This document shows positions 1 through 9,733 of a stretch of 64,000 nt of DNA, one piece after another. Position 1 is the first letter of the stretch. The number at the start of each line of letters is the position of its first letter. The notes beneath the pieces were generated by a model. The model saw nothing but the letters and a program-made list of their open reading frames with translations, was not told where the DNA came from and did not search any database. Source of the DNA: a virus; the IMG/VR virus record IMGVR_UViG_3300042691_053485, positions 64,001-128,000 of that record; one strand, given 5' to 3'. Both the position numbers and the translations under genes were made by a program.

Positions 1-1405
1 TCGTAAATTTGTCAAGCCTGATTAGGAGTTCTGAGTCTGACGAAAATTTAGAGTTCACATACCCTCCTGCCTTATCAAAAATGCTTTTCTTCATAAAAAG
101 CACACCAACAGCCGGGAAAATCTTTTGTTGGACAATATTATTTATGCTACCCTCAAATGGAGTAAATTTAAATCTAATGAAATCATATTTTCCATCAATT
201 TTCATAATTTCAGAAACCATTTGTGGTTTCATAATATCATCACTATCAAATCTAATAAGGTTTGGATATTTTGTCAATGGAACAAGGGTATTCATTACAA
301 CATAAGTACCAAAATTTTTTTCCATCATAGCGATAGTAAGATTTCGATACTTATTTTTAATGGTTAAGAGTTTTTTAAATGTGTCAGTACAGCCATCAAC
401 CCCAACAATTACTTCAAAATTGTTATTACCTTTAAAATATGTTTGAGATTCAATTGAATCCAAACATTGTTCGATATATGCTGAAGTTTTATATGCAGTT
501 ATAAGAATACTAATGCCACCGCTTATTGTAATGCTTTGAGTGTCCGCAGTATCAATTACTTTTGATTCGAACTTCTTTTGAAATTGTTTTAAAATATTTT
601 GATTCTCATTTAGCATAGGCTCTTTTTGTACACTTACATTTATAGCTTGTTGTTGGTCATTTCTCAATCCTAAACCTACACCACCGAGATGAATTAATGA
701 TTCTTTTACAATTTGCTTTTTAGTTGTTGCAGCCCAAACTTTCTGAATAAATCGGAAATCACCACACTTCCATCCATCCCATCTGATACCCTTGGCGATT
801 GATTGGTGAACCATAAAACAAGGTGCACCTATTCTTGCAATTTTTGGTGGAAGGCCAAGCTCTTGAATTGATGGCAACGTCATTCCATTGGGGTATCTCA
901 TTTGCCAGAGGATAAGGTCTGTATTATTTTTGATTTGATTAACCATTTTCTGAACTGCGTTATTATCAGCTAAGTAATCATCATCATCTAAAAATAAAAT
1001 CCAACCATCTTCGACCTTGTTTATAAGAATATTGAAATACAAATTGAAAATAAATCTTTTACCTGTTTTAGGGTCAGGTATGTCAATCTCAGAAGAAACT
1101 TTATCCTTATCGATGAAAATATATTCAACACCCAATGATTTTACATACTCTTCATCTTTAACATCATCAATTGAAACAATATGTCGTATCTTCTTATATG
1201 TCTGATTCTTGACCGATTCTACACATCTCTTGAAGCTATTAGGTCGATTTGAAGTTCGTGTGAGAATATTAATTGTTGGGGTTGGTGTTTCAATCTTCTT
1301 GATAACAATTTTATTTTGCTCAACAACCTCTTGTTTTGGTTTAGAGTTTTGAATAACCGTACCTTTATTTCCTGTTCGAGTTGGAAGTCTCTTTATATGC
1401 CTCAT
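1..1405 (-). CDS. Tandem two-domain GT2 glycosyltransferase (runs off the left edge of the window; missing from the ORF track)
   Basis: Manual translation from ATG 1405, which overlaps the TGA of the upstream gene (ATGA): MRHIKRLPTRTG...INILTRTSNRP...WILFLDDDDYL...ISILITAYKTSAYIEQCLDSIESQ...IVGVDGC...LIRFDSDD. Two DxD motifs; no stop before base 1. Confidence 0.85.
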   Translation of the reverse strand, partial: MRHIKRLPTRTGNKGTVIQNSKPKQEVVEQNKIVIKKIETPTPTINILTRTSNRPNSFKRCVESVKNQTYKKIRHIVSIDDVKDEEYVKSLGVEYIFIDKDKVSSEIDIPDPKTGKRFIFNLYFNILINKVEDGWILFLDDDDYLADNNAVQKMVNQIKNNTDLILWQMRYPNGMTLPSIQELGLPPKIARIGAPCFMVHQSIAKGIRWDGWKCGDFRFIQKVWAATTKKQIVKESLIHLGGVGLGLRNDQQQAINVSVQKEPMLNENQNILKQFQKKFESKVIDTADTQSITISGGISILITAYKTSAYIEQCLDSIESQTYFKGNNNFEVIVGVDGCTDTFKKLLTIKNKYRNLTIAMMEKNFGTYVVMNTLVPLTKYPNLIRFDSDDIMKPQMVSEIMKIDGKYDFIRFKFTPFEGSINNIVQQKIFPAVGVLFMKKSIFDKAGGYVNSKFSSDSELLIRLDKFT

Positions 1406-2895
1406 CTAATAACCTGAATATATTTTTTCAACTTGTTAATGTTTTTTGATATTTTAGGAAGAACATGCTCATTCATATCCTTTACCTCTAATTCCACCTT
1501 CTTAGGATTTTTACTCCTTGTTGTTGACTCAAAGTGATAGCACATTGCACTCCCAACATAAATATTTTTATAGTTTCTAATGATACACTCTAAATTTAAA
1601 ATGACATCCTCCATACAGTCATAGGTTTTTTCTTCAAACCCTTTGATGCCATCAAAAAGCACCTTTCGAATCATCAAAAATGCCCCGGTACTTCCCAAAA
1701 CATCATTTTTAGTCTTAAATCCGTGATAGAAGGTTTGAATGCCGTGGTGTGAAAGCCCTATCCTTCCCTTATTTACATAACAAACAATCCCTGCATGCTG
1801 TATTTTATTGTTGAGATAGTGTAGTCTGCAACCAATAGTACCAGTGGTTTTTGGCGATTTTAAATATTCTGCAACCATAATTGAAATTGCATCATTCATC
1901 ATCAAAATGTCATCATTAACAAACAATAACAGCTCGGTATCGGACTCGACATGATTTTTTACAACATCATTATTTATTTTTGCAAAATGGTAAAAGTCAT
2001 ATTCAATCAACTTGTCAATCACTCTTTCACCATTGAGTTGCCTAAGTTTAGAAATAGTATCAGATTCGCTGCCAGTATCCGCGACATAAATTTTATAGTT
2101 CCTGTATTGAGTTGTAAATCGAATAGATTCAATACAACTCTTCAGAAGCTCAAAATTATCCTTTGAAGGGATTATTATCGCAAGTTTGGGTTCTCGGGGT
2201 AACTCAACAATTTTATTCTCTATATGTGGCTGGGGGAAGAGTTCTAAGGGTAATTTATTCTTATAAGTCTCCGCAAATTTTCGTCTGCTATATTCCCACT
2301 CCTTTGAAACATTTCCAATAGAGGCGTGTCGGACTTTAAAATCGCTGACAACACCAATTTTAACACCTCGTAAATGATTCTCAACACAAAAAGGAATGTC
2401 ATAAAAGTGGAATCCTTCAAATTCTTCAACAAAATTTGCCTTGATTCTATCCTTTTTGATTGCGATAAAAAGTCCATCTACTGCAAGAACTTCTTGAATT
2501 GTGCTTGGGATTGATTCAGAATATTCGCTGTCTTTCCAAGCCCCCTTTTCGTCCCGATGATGAACCGACCCTACCATCAGATGTCGGTCTTGCCACCACA
2601 TTCCTGTTTCGGGTAATCTTGTTGTACCCGCAACGCCAAGTATTCCATAATTACTTTTTTGGAAGGCATCAAAAATTATTTTATCCCAGCCTTTACTTAA
2701 AAAAACATCGTCATGGATGCAAACCAAAATATCATTTGAACTTTCTAAAATCGCTTGATTATAAGCTTTTGCAAGCGAAGTTTGCCCATTATTTTCAAAT
2801 GGGATTATTTCCACATTCTCCAATACACAAGTCCCACGTAAATATGTTAAATGTTCATTGTCAATCTTTCGCGTCGAATAAAAAACAGAAATCAT
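1402..2895 (-). CDS. Two-domain GT2-fold glycosyltransferase
   Basis: N-domain LAKAYNQAI...VCIHDDV...YGILGVAG...LAVDGLFIA...FHFYD; C-domain AIIIPSKD...VADTGS...LLFVNDD...GAFLMIRK...DVILNL...HFES. Confidence 0.85.
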   Translation of the reverse strand: MISVFYSTRKIDNEHLTYLRGTCVLENVEIIPFENNGQTSLAKAYNQAILESSNDILVCIHDDVFLSKGWDKIIFDAFQKSNYGILGVAGTTRLPETGMWWQDRHLMVGSVHHRDEKGAWKDSEYSESIPSTIQEVLAVDGLFIAIKKDRIKANFVEEFEGFHFYDIPFCVENHLRGVKIGVVSDFKVRHASIGNVSKEWEYSRRKFAETYKNKLPLELFPQPHIENKIVELPREPKLAIIIPSKDNFELLKSCIESIRFTTQYRNYKIYVADTGSESDTISKLRQLNGERVIDKLIEYDFYHFAKINNDVVKNHVESDTELLLFVNDDILMMNDAISIMVAEYLKSPKTTGTIGCRLHYLNNKIQHAGIVCYVNKGRIGLSHHGIQTFYHGFKTKNDVLGSTGAFLMIRKVLFDGIKGFEEKTYDCMEDVILNLECIIRNYKNIYVGSAMCYHFESTTRSKNPKKVELEVKDMNEHVLPKISKNINKLKKYIQVIR

Positions 2896-2927
2896 TTTTA
2901 TTTTAATTTGGAATTCAAAGGAATAAA

Positions 2928-3941
2928 TTAAATTTCATTAGCTTTATCTCCGATTTCAATGATTTCATCAAATAGTTTATCAGAAAATAAATCTGTCACA
3001 AAAACCGTACTCTTTCCTGAAGACATTTCAAGATTGTAGTAAACAATGCTGCCTGAATCCCCTGCACCCAACTGTCCAATTGGATTGTCTTGGTCGTCAA
3101 ACCACTCTTTTAATAGCTTTACACTAATAATTCTACCCGCAAGCAGCGCTTTAGAAAATAAATGTAAATCCGTAACTGTCGTATAAATCAGTCCCTTGGA
3201 CAAAGAATTAGTCCATAGGTTGCCTCTCTCCATATTACCCGTTTCGTCAATTATAAATCCTATCATTTTTCTAACTTCAGGCTTTCTATAGTCAACTCGA
3301 CCGCTATTTCGACATCCCGCAGGAGCGAAAATATATTCTTCTAACAATTGATACCAACGTTTTTTCATCGTTAGCTCAGCAATCGTTGTGAGGATATAGA
3401 AATTTGAATTACTGTAAAGTTCCTCTTTTCCTGCTTCAAAATAAAGGGGGTACTGACTCAATGCACGCATAACATCGACCCATCCGAAAGATTTTGGGGC
3501 ATCTGGGTTGTACGATGCGAAATCGTCGATTTCATTCATGAAATCAGGAATACCACTCTTATGCAATAAGCAGTCTCTAACTGTTATATTACTCCACGCA
3601 TTCCAATCGTAGTAGTTGATAACATTCTTTCCATCTTTTGTAGGGTCTAGCCAATCGAGAATTGGGGCATCAAGGTCAATTTTACCTAGTTCTACAAGTT
3701 TAAGAATGAGAACTTTTACATGAGTTTTACTAACACTTTGAGCTAGGAACGGAGTGTTATTTTTGATTTTGCCTCGATTCCATTGAAACTTAACAACTCC
3801 CTTTGAACCGTCTTTTTCAAAGTCAACGACCTGTAAATTCAAACTTGGAATTCTGTACTCCTCTTTGAATTGTGCTAACTCTTTTATAATATTAATCCTC
3901 TTTCGATGTTTTGTTTCCGAAAGAATTGATTTAAACTTCAT
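2928..3941 (-). CDS. Serine hydrolase, beta-lactamase/PBP-like family
   Basis: SxxK (QSVSKT), LLHKSGI, YxN (LYSNSNFYIL). Start moved to ATG 3941 (MKFKSILSE), 13 nt downstream of a TATTTATA motif. No signal peptide. Confidence 0.8.
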   Translation of the reverse strand: MKFKSILSETKHRKRINIIKELAQFKEEYRIPSLNLQVVDFEKDGSKGVVKFQWNRGKIKNNTPFLAQSVSKTHVKVLILKLVELGKIDLDAPILDWLDPTKDGKNVINYYDWNAWSNITVRDCLLHKSGIPDFMNEIDDFASYNPDAPKSFGWVDVMRALSQYPLYFEAGKEELYSNSNFYILTTIAELTMKKRWYQLLEEYIFAPAGCRNSGRVDYRKPEVRKMIGFIIDETGNMERGNLWTNSLSKGLIYTTVTDLHLFSKALLAGRIISVKLLKEWFDDQDNPIGQLGAGDSGSIVYYNLEMSSGKSTVFVTDLFSDKLFDEIIEIGDKANEI

Positions 3942-3953
3942 AGGATGTTTTCC

Positions 3954-3961
3954 TATAAATA
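3954..3961 (-). promoter_or_regulatory. TATTTATA putative late promoter
   Basis: Exact motif upstream of the serine hydrolase. Confidence 0.6.
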
Positions 3962-4008
3962 TCAAACTTCGCTGGAACTTTTTTCACCGCCGTTAAGTTG
4001 TATGAACT

Positions 4009-4890
4009 ATGACAGAAAATATAAAATTGCTTATTGAAAGTGGACTAAAACAAAATCTGTTATTAGCAGAGCAGCTTGCAATTAGTGAAGAACTTAATTT
4101 TAATAATCTATTGGAGGAAGTTTGGGATTTGGATTTTTGGATGACCAACTTAAATAAGCTTGACATTATAGTAAATTTACATAACCCTATCGATATTGGT
4201 AAGATTGACCTTGTAAATTTTCTATTTACACAGGAAGAATTAATTTTTCGTGGAGTCGAACTTTTAATGTTCTCCAAAAATATCAGAAATTTTACAAATT
4301 TACAACGTTTATATTTAAATTGTAACAAATTAATTAGCATCCCTAGCAGTATCGGTAACTTACAGGATTTACGTGTCTTAGATTTATCCAACAACAAGCT
4401 GAGCAGCCTTCCTGAATCCATCGGCAACTTGCAGAATTTGAAAGAGTTATATTTGTATGGCAACCACTTGAGTAGCCTGCCTGAATCGATTGGCAACTTG
4501 CATAATTTGGAAAGATTGTATTTAGATGGCAACAACCTAAACAGTTTGCCTGAATCCATCAGTAATTTACAGAATTTACAAGTCTTAGATTTATCCAACA
4601 ACAAGTTGAGCAGCCTGTCTGAATCAATTAATCACTTACAAAATTTGCGAGTATTATGCTTGAGTGAATCAAATGTTAATGCAATTTTAGATTGTATTGG
4701 TAATTTGCCAAATTTGGAGTCTCTAAGGTTATATCTTGAAAATCCTAGTTTGATATCTGGTGATATAACCAGTATAAAAAAATTAAAATATATACTATTT
4801 TATGACAGCAACATCCCTATCAAACATATTAAAGCCTTCAAAAGAAAGTTAAAAGGGGTGCTAATCCATGACTGTATTAATAGATGTTGA
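4009..4890 (+). CDS. Leucine-rich repeat protein, paralogue A
   Basis: 23-aa repeats LSSLPESIGNLQNLKELYLYGN; N-domain LIESG..NLLLA...EEVWDLDFW. Confidence 0.9.
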   Translation: MTENIKLLIESGLKQNLLLAEQLAISEELNFNNLLEEVWDLDFWMTNLNKLDIIVNLHNPIDIGKIDLVNFLFTQEELIFRGVELLMFSKNIRNFTNLQRLYLNCNKLISIPSSIGNLQDLRVLDLSNNKLSSLPESIGNLQNLKELYLYGNHLSSLPESIGNLHNLERLYLDGNNLNSLPESISNLQNLQVLDLSNNKLSSLSESINHLQNLRVLCLSESNVNAILDCIGNLPNLESLRLYLENPSLISGDITSIKKLKYILFYDSNIPIKHIKAFKRKLKGVLIHDCINRC

Positions 4891-4931
4891 TAGAAAATTT
4901 TCTTTTTTGATTAAGTAGAAATCTTTATTTG

Positions 4932-5561
4932 ATGGAAGCAATAAAAGGATTAATAGCAAGCGGACAAAAATCAAACCTCTTGTTAGCACAGCAATTCTGT
5001 ATCTGTGAAGGGTTAGATTTCGATGTTTTAGTAGAAGAAATTTGGGATTTAGATTTTTGGCGGACTCACTTATTTAAGCTCCGCAAAATTACTAATATCG
5101 AGGCTATAAATTTATTGTTTACCCAGAAAGAAATACACCTTTCTTTTAGGAAACTTTCAAAGGTTTCCAATAGTATTGGACTTTTAAATAATTTAAAGTT
5201 TTTGTTTTTGGATAATAATAAGTTGGTAGACATTCCAAAAAGTATTTCTAACTTGCAAAACTTACAAGTATTATTTTTAAATAATAATATTTTTGATACG
5301 ATACCTGAAAGTATTGCATATTTACAGGGTTTAAAAATATTAGGTTTAAGTGAAGCTAATGTTCAAGATATTTCAGATTGTATTACAAATTTACATAAAT
5401 TGGAGGATTTGAGATTATTTTATAATAAAATTCCTTATATTCCACAAAATATTGATACGTTGAGGTGTTTAAAATATTTATACTTTTCTGAAAACCTAAT
5501 TCCTATAGAGGAGCTTGAAGATTTGAAAAAACATCTACCTGAAACAAAAATTCTTTATTAG
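4932..5561 (+). CDS. Leucine-rich repeat protein, paralogue B
   Basis: LIASG..NLLLA...EEIWDLDFW followed by LRRs (IPKSISNLQNLQVLFLNNN). ATG at 4932. Confidence 0.88.
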   Translation: MEAIKGLIASGQKSNLLLAQQFCICEGLDFDVLVEEIWDLDFWRTHLFKLRKITNIEAINLLFTQKEIHLSFRKLSKVSNSIGLLNNLKFLFLDNNKLVDIPKSISNLQNLQVLFLNNNIFDTIPESIAYLQGLKILGLSEANVQDISDCITNLHKLEDLRLFYNKIPYIPQNIDTLRCLKYLYFSENLIPIEELEDLKKHLPETKILY

Positions 5562-5775
5562 ACAGTAAATGTCAATGTACCGATGTTTATGATAATTTTA
5601 AAAGTTATATGCTAGCTTACTGTAAGAGCTTTTTCAACTTTTTAAACTCTTTCCTTCCTTCGATTAGTGTCCTACAACTTGGATATACTCGTATCGTGTT
5701 TCCACCAAGATTATCAATCTCTTTTAGACTAATAAGCTTCTTTTGTTATTAAAACTTCAATTGAATTGCACTCAA

Positions 5776-6183
5776 TCAAGATGAGATTGAAATAAGATAG
5801 GACATGAAATTTCCACAATTTTCAGATTGAATTATTTTGTCAATTTCAGATTCTAAATTATTGATTGTTAATAGTGATGATTTTTGATTACTTACAAACT
5901 TTGCACTTAACTTTATTTGCCCATCATCTCCAACAATTTCAATATCAAATATTTCTGTGTCAAATGTTTTCTTGCTATTTAATATACGGTATATAAAATG
6001 AGCTTTTCCATGTCTCAATTCTTGCCGAATACGACCAATCAAAAGTCCATTAGAACCTTCAAAAAGACCCTTTGAGTATTCATTAAATATTCTTTTGATT
6101 TTATCCTTTGTATATTTTATTGATTTGATATTATGATTCATAAAGCTTATGTTATTGAATTTTAATGTAATCTGATGGAGCAA
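5776..6183 (-). CDS. Hypothetical protein
   Basis: 135-aa ORF, no recognisable motif; start uncertain. Confidence 0.5.
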   Translation of the reverse strand: MLHQITLKFNNISFMNHNIKSIKYTKDKIKRIFNEYSKGLFEGSNGLLIGRIRQELRHGKAHFIYRILNSKKTFDTEIFDIEIVGDDGQIKLSAKFVSNQKSSLLTINNLESEIDKIIQSENCGNFMSYLISISS

Positions 6184-6256
6184 TAATCATATAGGGATTT
6201 TGAATTGATTCATTTTTATAATCCAATGTTCAAAACATATAGGCTAATCTTTTTCC

Positions 6257-6430
6257 AAAAAATCGATATAAGCATACCGTTCTCAAAAACTTGCACAAAG
6301 TTGAACATGTCAAACATGTGCAGTTTTTGTTCCCAATTCATCGACAGGCTGAGTGCTGAAAAGCACCGAACTCCCATCTCCAAGGGCTGACACGGTGGAA
6401 CTCACCGCCAAATTTTTCAGGTTGATGCTT
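6257..6430 (-). ncRNA. Predicted omegaRNA scaffold plus guide
   Basis: Overlaps the tnpB 3' end (GCGGTGAGTTCCACCGT hairpin ... GAGAACGG). Guide predicted as the flanking TATGCTTATATCGATTTTTT (6276-6257). 5' boundary approximate. Confidence 0.5.
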
Positions 6431-7674
6431 GCATTCAAATCCCTGTCAATTTCGAGGTGACAGAAATTGCAAGCATATTTTCTCTCAGAAAGTTTCAAAC
6501 TTTGTTTTTTGTTGCCACAACTTGAGCACAACTTGCTGCTGGCAAAGAAGGTGTTCGCCAAAATGACTTCTCCCCCATACCATGCTTTTTTGTACAACAG
6601 TTGTCTTTTGAACTCAAAAAATCCACCGTCAAGGATTGCTGATGCAAGCTTTTTGTTTTTCACCATGTTCTTGACCTTCAAATCCTCTATCACCACCACT
6701 TCAAAGTTTTTGGCGAGATAGGTTGTCAGTTTGTGAAGACAGTCCTTTCTTACATTTGCAACTGCGGCATGAATCTTTGCAAGCTTTTGAACAGATTGTT
6801 TGTAGTTGTTGCTTTGGCTTTCAGCTCCTCTAACAAATCTTCTGCTCACCTCTTTTTGTTGCCTTCTGAGTTTCTCCTTTGCCTTTTTGTAAGGCTTGAT
6901 ATTTTCGAATGTTTCTCCATTACTGAGTGTTGCCAAGGTTTTAACACCTAAGTCAACACCAACGACAAGTTCTTTCTTTTTTGTGATAGCCGGAATGTGT
7001 TCGACTCTGAATGAGATGAACCAGTGGTCAGCAGTCCTGCTGATTGTGCAGTTCTTTATGGACTTAACATCTAGTGTTTCGGATAATTTTACCCATCCAA
7101 TTTTTGGTAGTTTGACTTTATTCCCTTCTATCCTTATGCCATGTTTGTTACTATTTTCCAGATAGAATGAATCGCCTCTTCCTTTCTTCTTGTATCTTGG
7201 TAGTCCTTGCAGACCTGTTGAGGTCTTAACACCATTTACAATTTTATAGTGAAGAAGCTTGTATCCTGATTGCTTTTGCAGGCGGTGAAAGTTCTTGTAT
7301 GCTGTCTCAAGATTCCTCAGTGCTTGTTGTGGGGCGCATTTTGACACCTCATAATACCAAGCATGTTCCTTTTTCACCGTTGCTACAAGCCACTTATGAA
7401 GTGTGATGGCTGATGGGGTTGATTTCCCGTCTTTAAATAAGTCATTGCAATAGCTCAAAGCCTGATTGTAGGCATGACGAGCTGTGCCTGCATGTTTTGC
7501 AAACATCTGCTCCTGCAACCTTGTAGGCTCTAACCTTATCTTCAATGACTTGTATTGCATTTTCTGCTTATTTCAATCTGCTATAACCCGAAAAACTTAT
7601 ACACCATGTGGCAATTAATATACCAATGTTTAGAAATGTTACACTTTGTTCAAATATTTTTTAACTGCTGTCAG
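6277..7674 (-). mobile_element. Non-autonomous tnpB-only IS607/IS200-605-like element
   Basis: tnpB with no tnpA nearby. Right end ...AAGTTTTTGAGAACGG at 6277. Left end inferred at GG|CTGA (7675/7674); left boundary tentative. Confidence 0.6.
6310..7560 (-). CDS. tnpB: TnpB RNA-guided endonuclease
   Basis: HTH (KIRLEPTRLQEQMFAKHAGTARHAYN), RuvC I VGVDLGVK, RuvC II VIEDLKV, Zn ribbon CSSCG...CNFC, RuvC III DRDLNA; the D-E-D triad is intact. Confidence 0.95.
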   Translation of the reverse strand: MQYKSLKIRLEPTRLQEQMFAKHAGTARHAYNQALSYCNDLFKDGKSTPSAITLHKWLVATVKKEHAWYYEVSKCAPQQALRNLETAYKNFHRLQKQSGYKLLHYKIVNGVKTSTGLQGLPRYKKKGRGDSFYLENSNKHGIRIEGNKVKLPKIGWVKLSETLDVKSIKNCTISRTADHWFISFRVEHIPAITKKKELVVGVDLGVKTLATLSNGETFENIKPYKKAKEKLRRQQKEVSRRFVRGAESQSNNYKQSVQKLAKIHAAVANVRKDCLHKLTTYLAKNFEVVVIEDLKVKNMVKNKKLASAILDGGFFEFKRQLLYKKAWYGGEVILANTFFASSKLCSSCGNKKQSLKLSERKYACNFCHLEIDRDLNASINLKNLAVSSTVSALGDGSSVLFSTQPVDELGTKTAHV

Positions 7675-8219
7675 CCTTTTATTTTGTCTATTTCCTCATT
7701 TGAAACTTCTTCACTCAAATGAAGCTTCAAATTTTTCATTTGGGCTTCTGTTATCACAAGAACCTTTCGTTTTTCAAATGATTCATAGTTCACATTGTTT
7801 GTTGAGAGGTCATTTGAGGACATTGACTTATACAGTTTTGGTGTCCTCACTTTTGGAGTCTCTGAACCGTCTTTTGTATGGCTTCTTATGTAGGCATTGG
7901 ATTCGCCGGATTCCTTTTTTGCCTTTTTTGAGCTTTCGACTCGATTTCTTGCCGAACCCAATGTGGAATTTATCCAGCTTTCTAAGGAGCTTCCGCCATT
8001 CAAGAGATATAACGTCTTATTTCCTTTGTTTTTTTCCAAAATATGTTTGATGTTTTTCATATTTTGGTAGGATAACTTACCTACCGAAATGAGATTCTTC
8101 AAACGGACATATCCTTCCGAATGCTTGTCTCCTTTGTAGTTGTTAAGAATCTCTTGAAGATTTTTCAACAGTTCTTCGGGAAGGGAAAATGTTTTTCCTT
8201 GGAGGTTACTATTTGCCAT
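7671..8219 (-). CDS. Hypothetical phage protein, probably C-terminally clipped by the IS insertion
   Basis: 182 aa, coupled to the upstream LRR gene; C-terminal VITE..LSEE motifs; its stop lies at the inferred IS left end. Confidence 0.75.
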   Translation of the reverse strand: MANSNLQGKTFSLPEELLKNLQEILNNYKGDKHSEGYVRLKNLISVGKLSYQNMKNIKHILEKNKGNKTLYLLNGGSSLESWINSTLGSARNRVESSKKAKKESGESNAYIRSHTKDGSETPKVRTPKLYKSMSSNDLSTNNVNYESFEKRKVLVITEAQMKNLKLHLSEEVSNEEIDKIKG

Positions 8220-8976
8220 GTATTTCTCTTATTACTCTTTGTTCATTGTATAATAAACGACATCCACTTGGGATTAGTGTTTCAAGCGTTTTAGCTTCTT
8301 CAGTTGTTGCTTCGCCAATTTCAATGGTTCTCAGTGTAGGGGGTAGTTTTGGAAGGGATTTTTGTAAATCTTCTATTGGTATTTTAGAATCTCTTAAATC
8401 TATCCTATTCAGATTCATACCTTCAAGTGCTACCGGGAATTTCGTAAGCCTGACTCCTGTTATACTTAAAGTTTTAAGATTATGAAGTTGTTTAATTTTA
8501 GGTGAGATGGTTGTAATATCACTACAAGCCTTAATATACAGGTGCTTTAAAGATTCAATGGCAAAAATTTCATCAGGTATTTCCTTTAGATATAAGTTGA
8601 AAAGAGTTATATCTGAGATTTTTTTCAAGTGAAGTAGTTGGGCATAATCAATTTTTGGGGAGGTATAACTTATTTCTATTCTTGGGGAATTTAAAAGTCT
8701 CATAATAAAATCTACATAATCACCATTTCTATATGGCATCATAGGCGGTCGAACAACGTATGTTAATAGTTCTACAGGCTTAACTAGTTCTCTATAGTTA
8801 ATTCCCATCCCATCTGCAATCTCTATTGCAAGCCTTATGTTATCCTCTTGACCTGACAAAATCAATCGTTTGATATTTTCTTCAGGATTGAAGTCATCTT
8901 CATTTTCATTTATTAAAACTTCTTTGGCAGATTTTAACTGCTTTTCGGTTATTATGACCTTTATATTTTTGACCAT
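8209..8976 (-). CDS. Divergent LRR protein, paralogue C
   Basis: Leader IITEKQL..LINENE, N-domain LILSGQEDNIRLA, LRRs EIPDEIFAIESLKHLYI and ISPKIKQLHNLKTLSI. Confidence 0.85.
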   Translation of the reverse strand: MVKNIKVIITEKQLKSAKEVLINENEDDFNPEENIKRLILSGQEDNIRLAIEIADGMGINYRELVKPVELLTYVVRPPMMPYRNGDYVDFIMRLLNSPRIEISYTSPKIDYAQLLHLKKISDITLFNLYLKEIPDEIFAIESLKHLYIKACSDITTISPKIKQLHNLKTLSITGVRLTKFPVALEGMNLNRIDLRDSKIPIEDLQKSLPKLPPTLRTIEIGEATTEEAKTLETLIPSGCRLLYNEQRVIREIHGK

Positions 8977-9718
8977 TGTTTAAAATTATTTAAATCGCTT
9001 CTGATTTGTTTTTCTTCACAAAATTCAAATAGACGGTTTATCGTTTCTTGAGTTAAGGGGTTTCCCTTTATGAAAAGCCACTCAAGTGTTGATAGTTTGA
9101 AGAGTGATTCCGGCACGGATGTTAGCTTATTATTTTCAAAATCTAATGGGTTAAATTTTCCATTAAGTGAATATTTTCTGGAATTGACGTTAACTTATTT
9201 CTACCTAATCCCAATTGCTGTAAAGATTTTAATTTAACAATTGAAGTAGGTAGAGATACAATATCATTAGATTCTAATAATAGTGACTTTAAATCGTTTA
9301 AGTCGCCAATTGATTCCGGCAGTTTAGAAATTGCATTAGCACGCAAATCAATACTATTCAAGTGTGGTAAATATCCAATACTATTTGGGATTTTAGATAT
9401 TCCCTTGTCCGCAAGGTCTATTGTTTTAAATCCTTTTAGCTTATAAAGAATATCAGTGGTAGTTTTTGCAGTTATGTCATACATGAAAAAATGTTTTATC
9501 CAGAATTTTAATTCCCAGACTTCAGAAAATAGTGTGTCAAAATCAAAACCAAGTCCTTGGGCGACAGATTTTGCAAGTTCAATATTGTCCGGTGTTCCGG
9601 ATTTTAGAAGGCTAGTGAGCTTTGATTTTATATCAAACTCTTCCTCCTCTTGTATGTTCCAAAAGAAGCCCTCATCCAAACGCTTCTTCATTATTTTATT
9701 TATTTTGCTTATGTCCAT
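8961..9718 (-). pseudogene. LRR paralogue D with a 1-nt frameshift
   Basis: ORF stops at CAT-TAG (9143-9145). The -1 frame continues LDFENNKLTSVPESLFKLSTLEWLFIKGNPL...QWSKI to TAA at 8961. Confidence 0.8.
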
Positions 9719-9733
9719 TTTTTTAATTGATTT

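Noticed and set aside
5604-5612. GTTATATGC identical to a cassette core
   Set aside because: No hairpin arm or partner core nearby; about one chance hit is expected in AT-rich 64 kb.
5610-5775. Coding-like minus-strand stretch (KKLISLKEIDNLGG...LLQ*)
   Set aside because: No start codon and short; at most a remnant.
7561-7674. tnpA remnant or IStron group I intron at the IS left end
   Set aside because: Only about 115 nt, with no recombinase motif or intron core.
9143-9145. TAG recoding (genetic code 15)
   Set aside because: Read-through gives ILKIIS then a stop; other genes end cleanly in TAG (5561, 33941, 50688).
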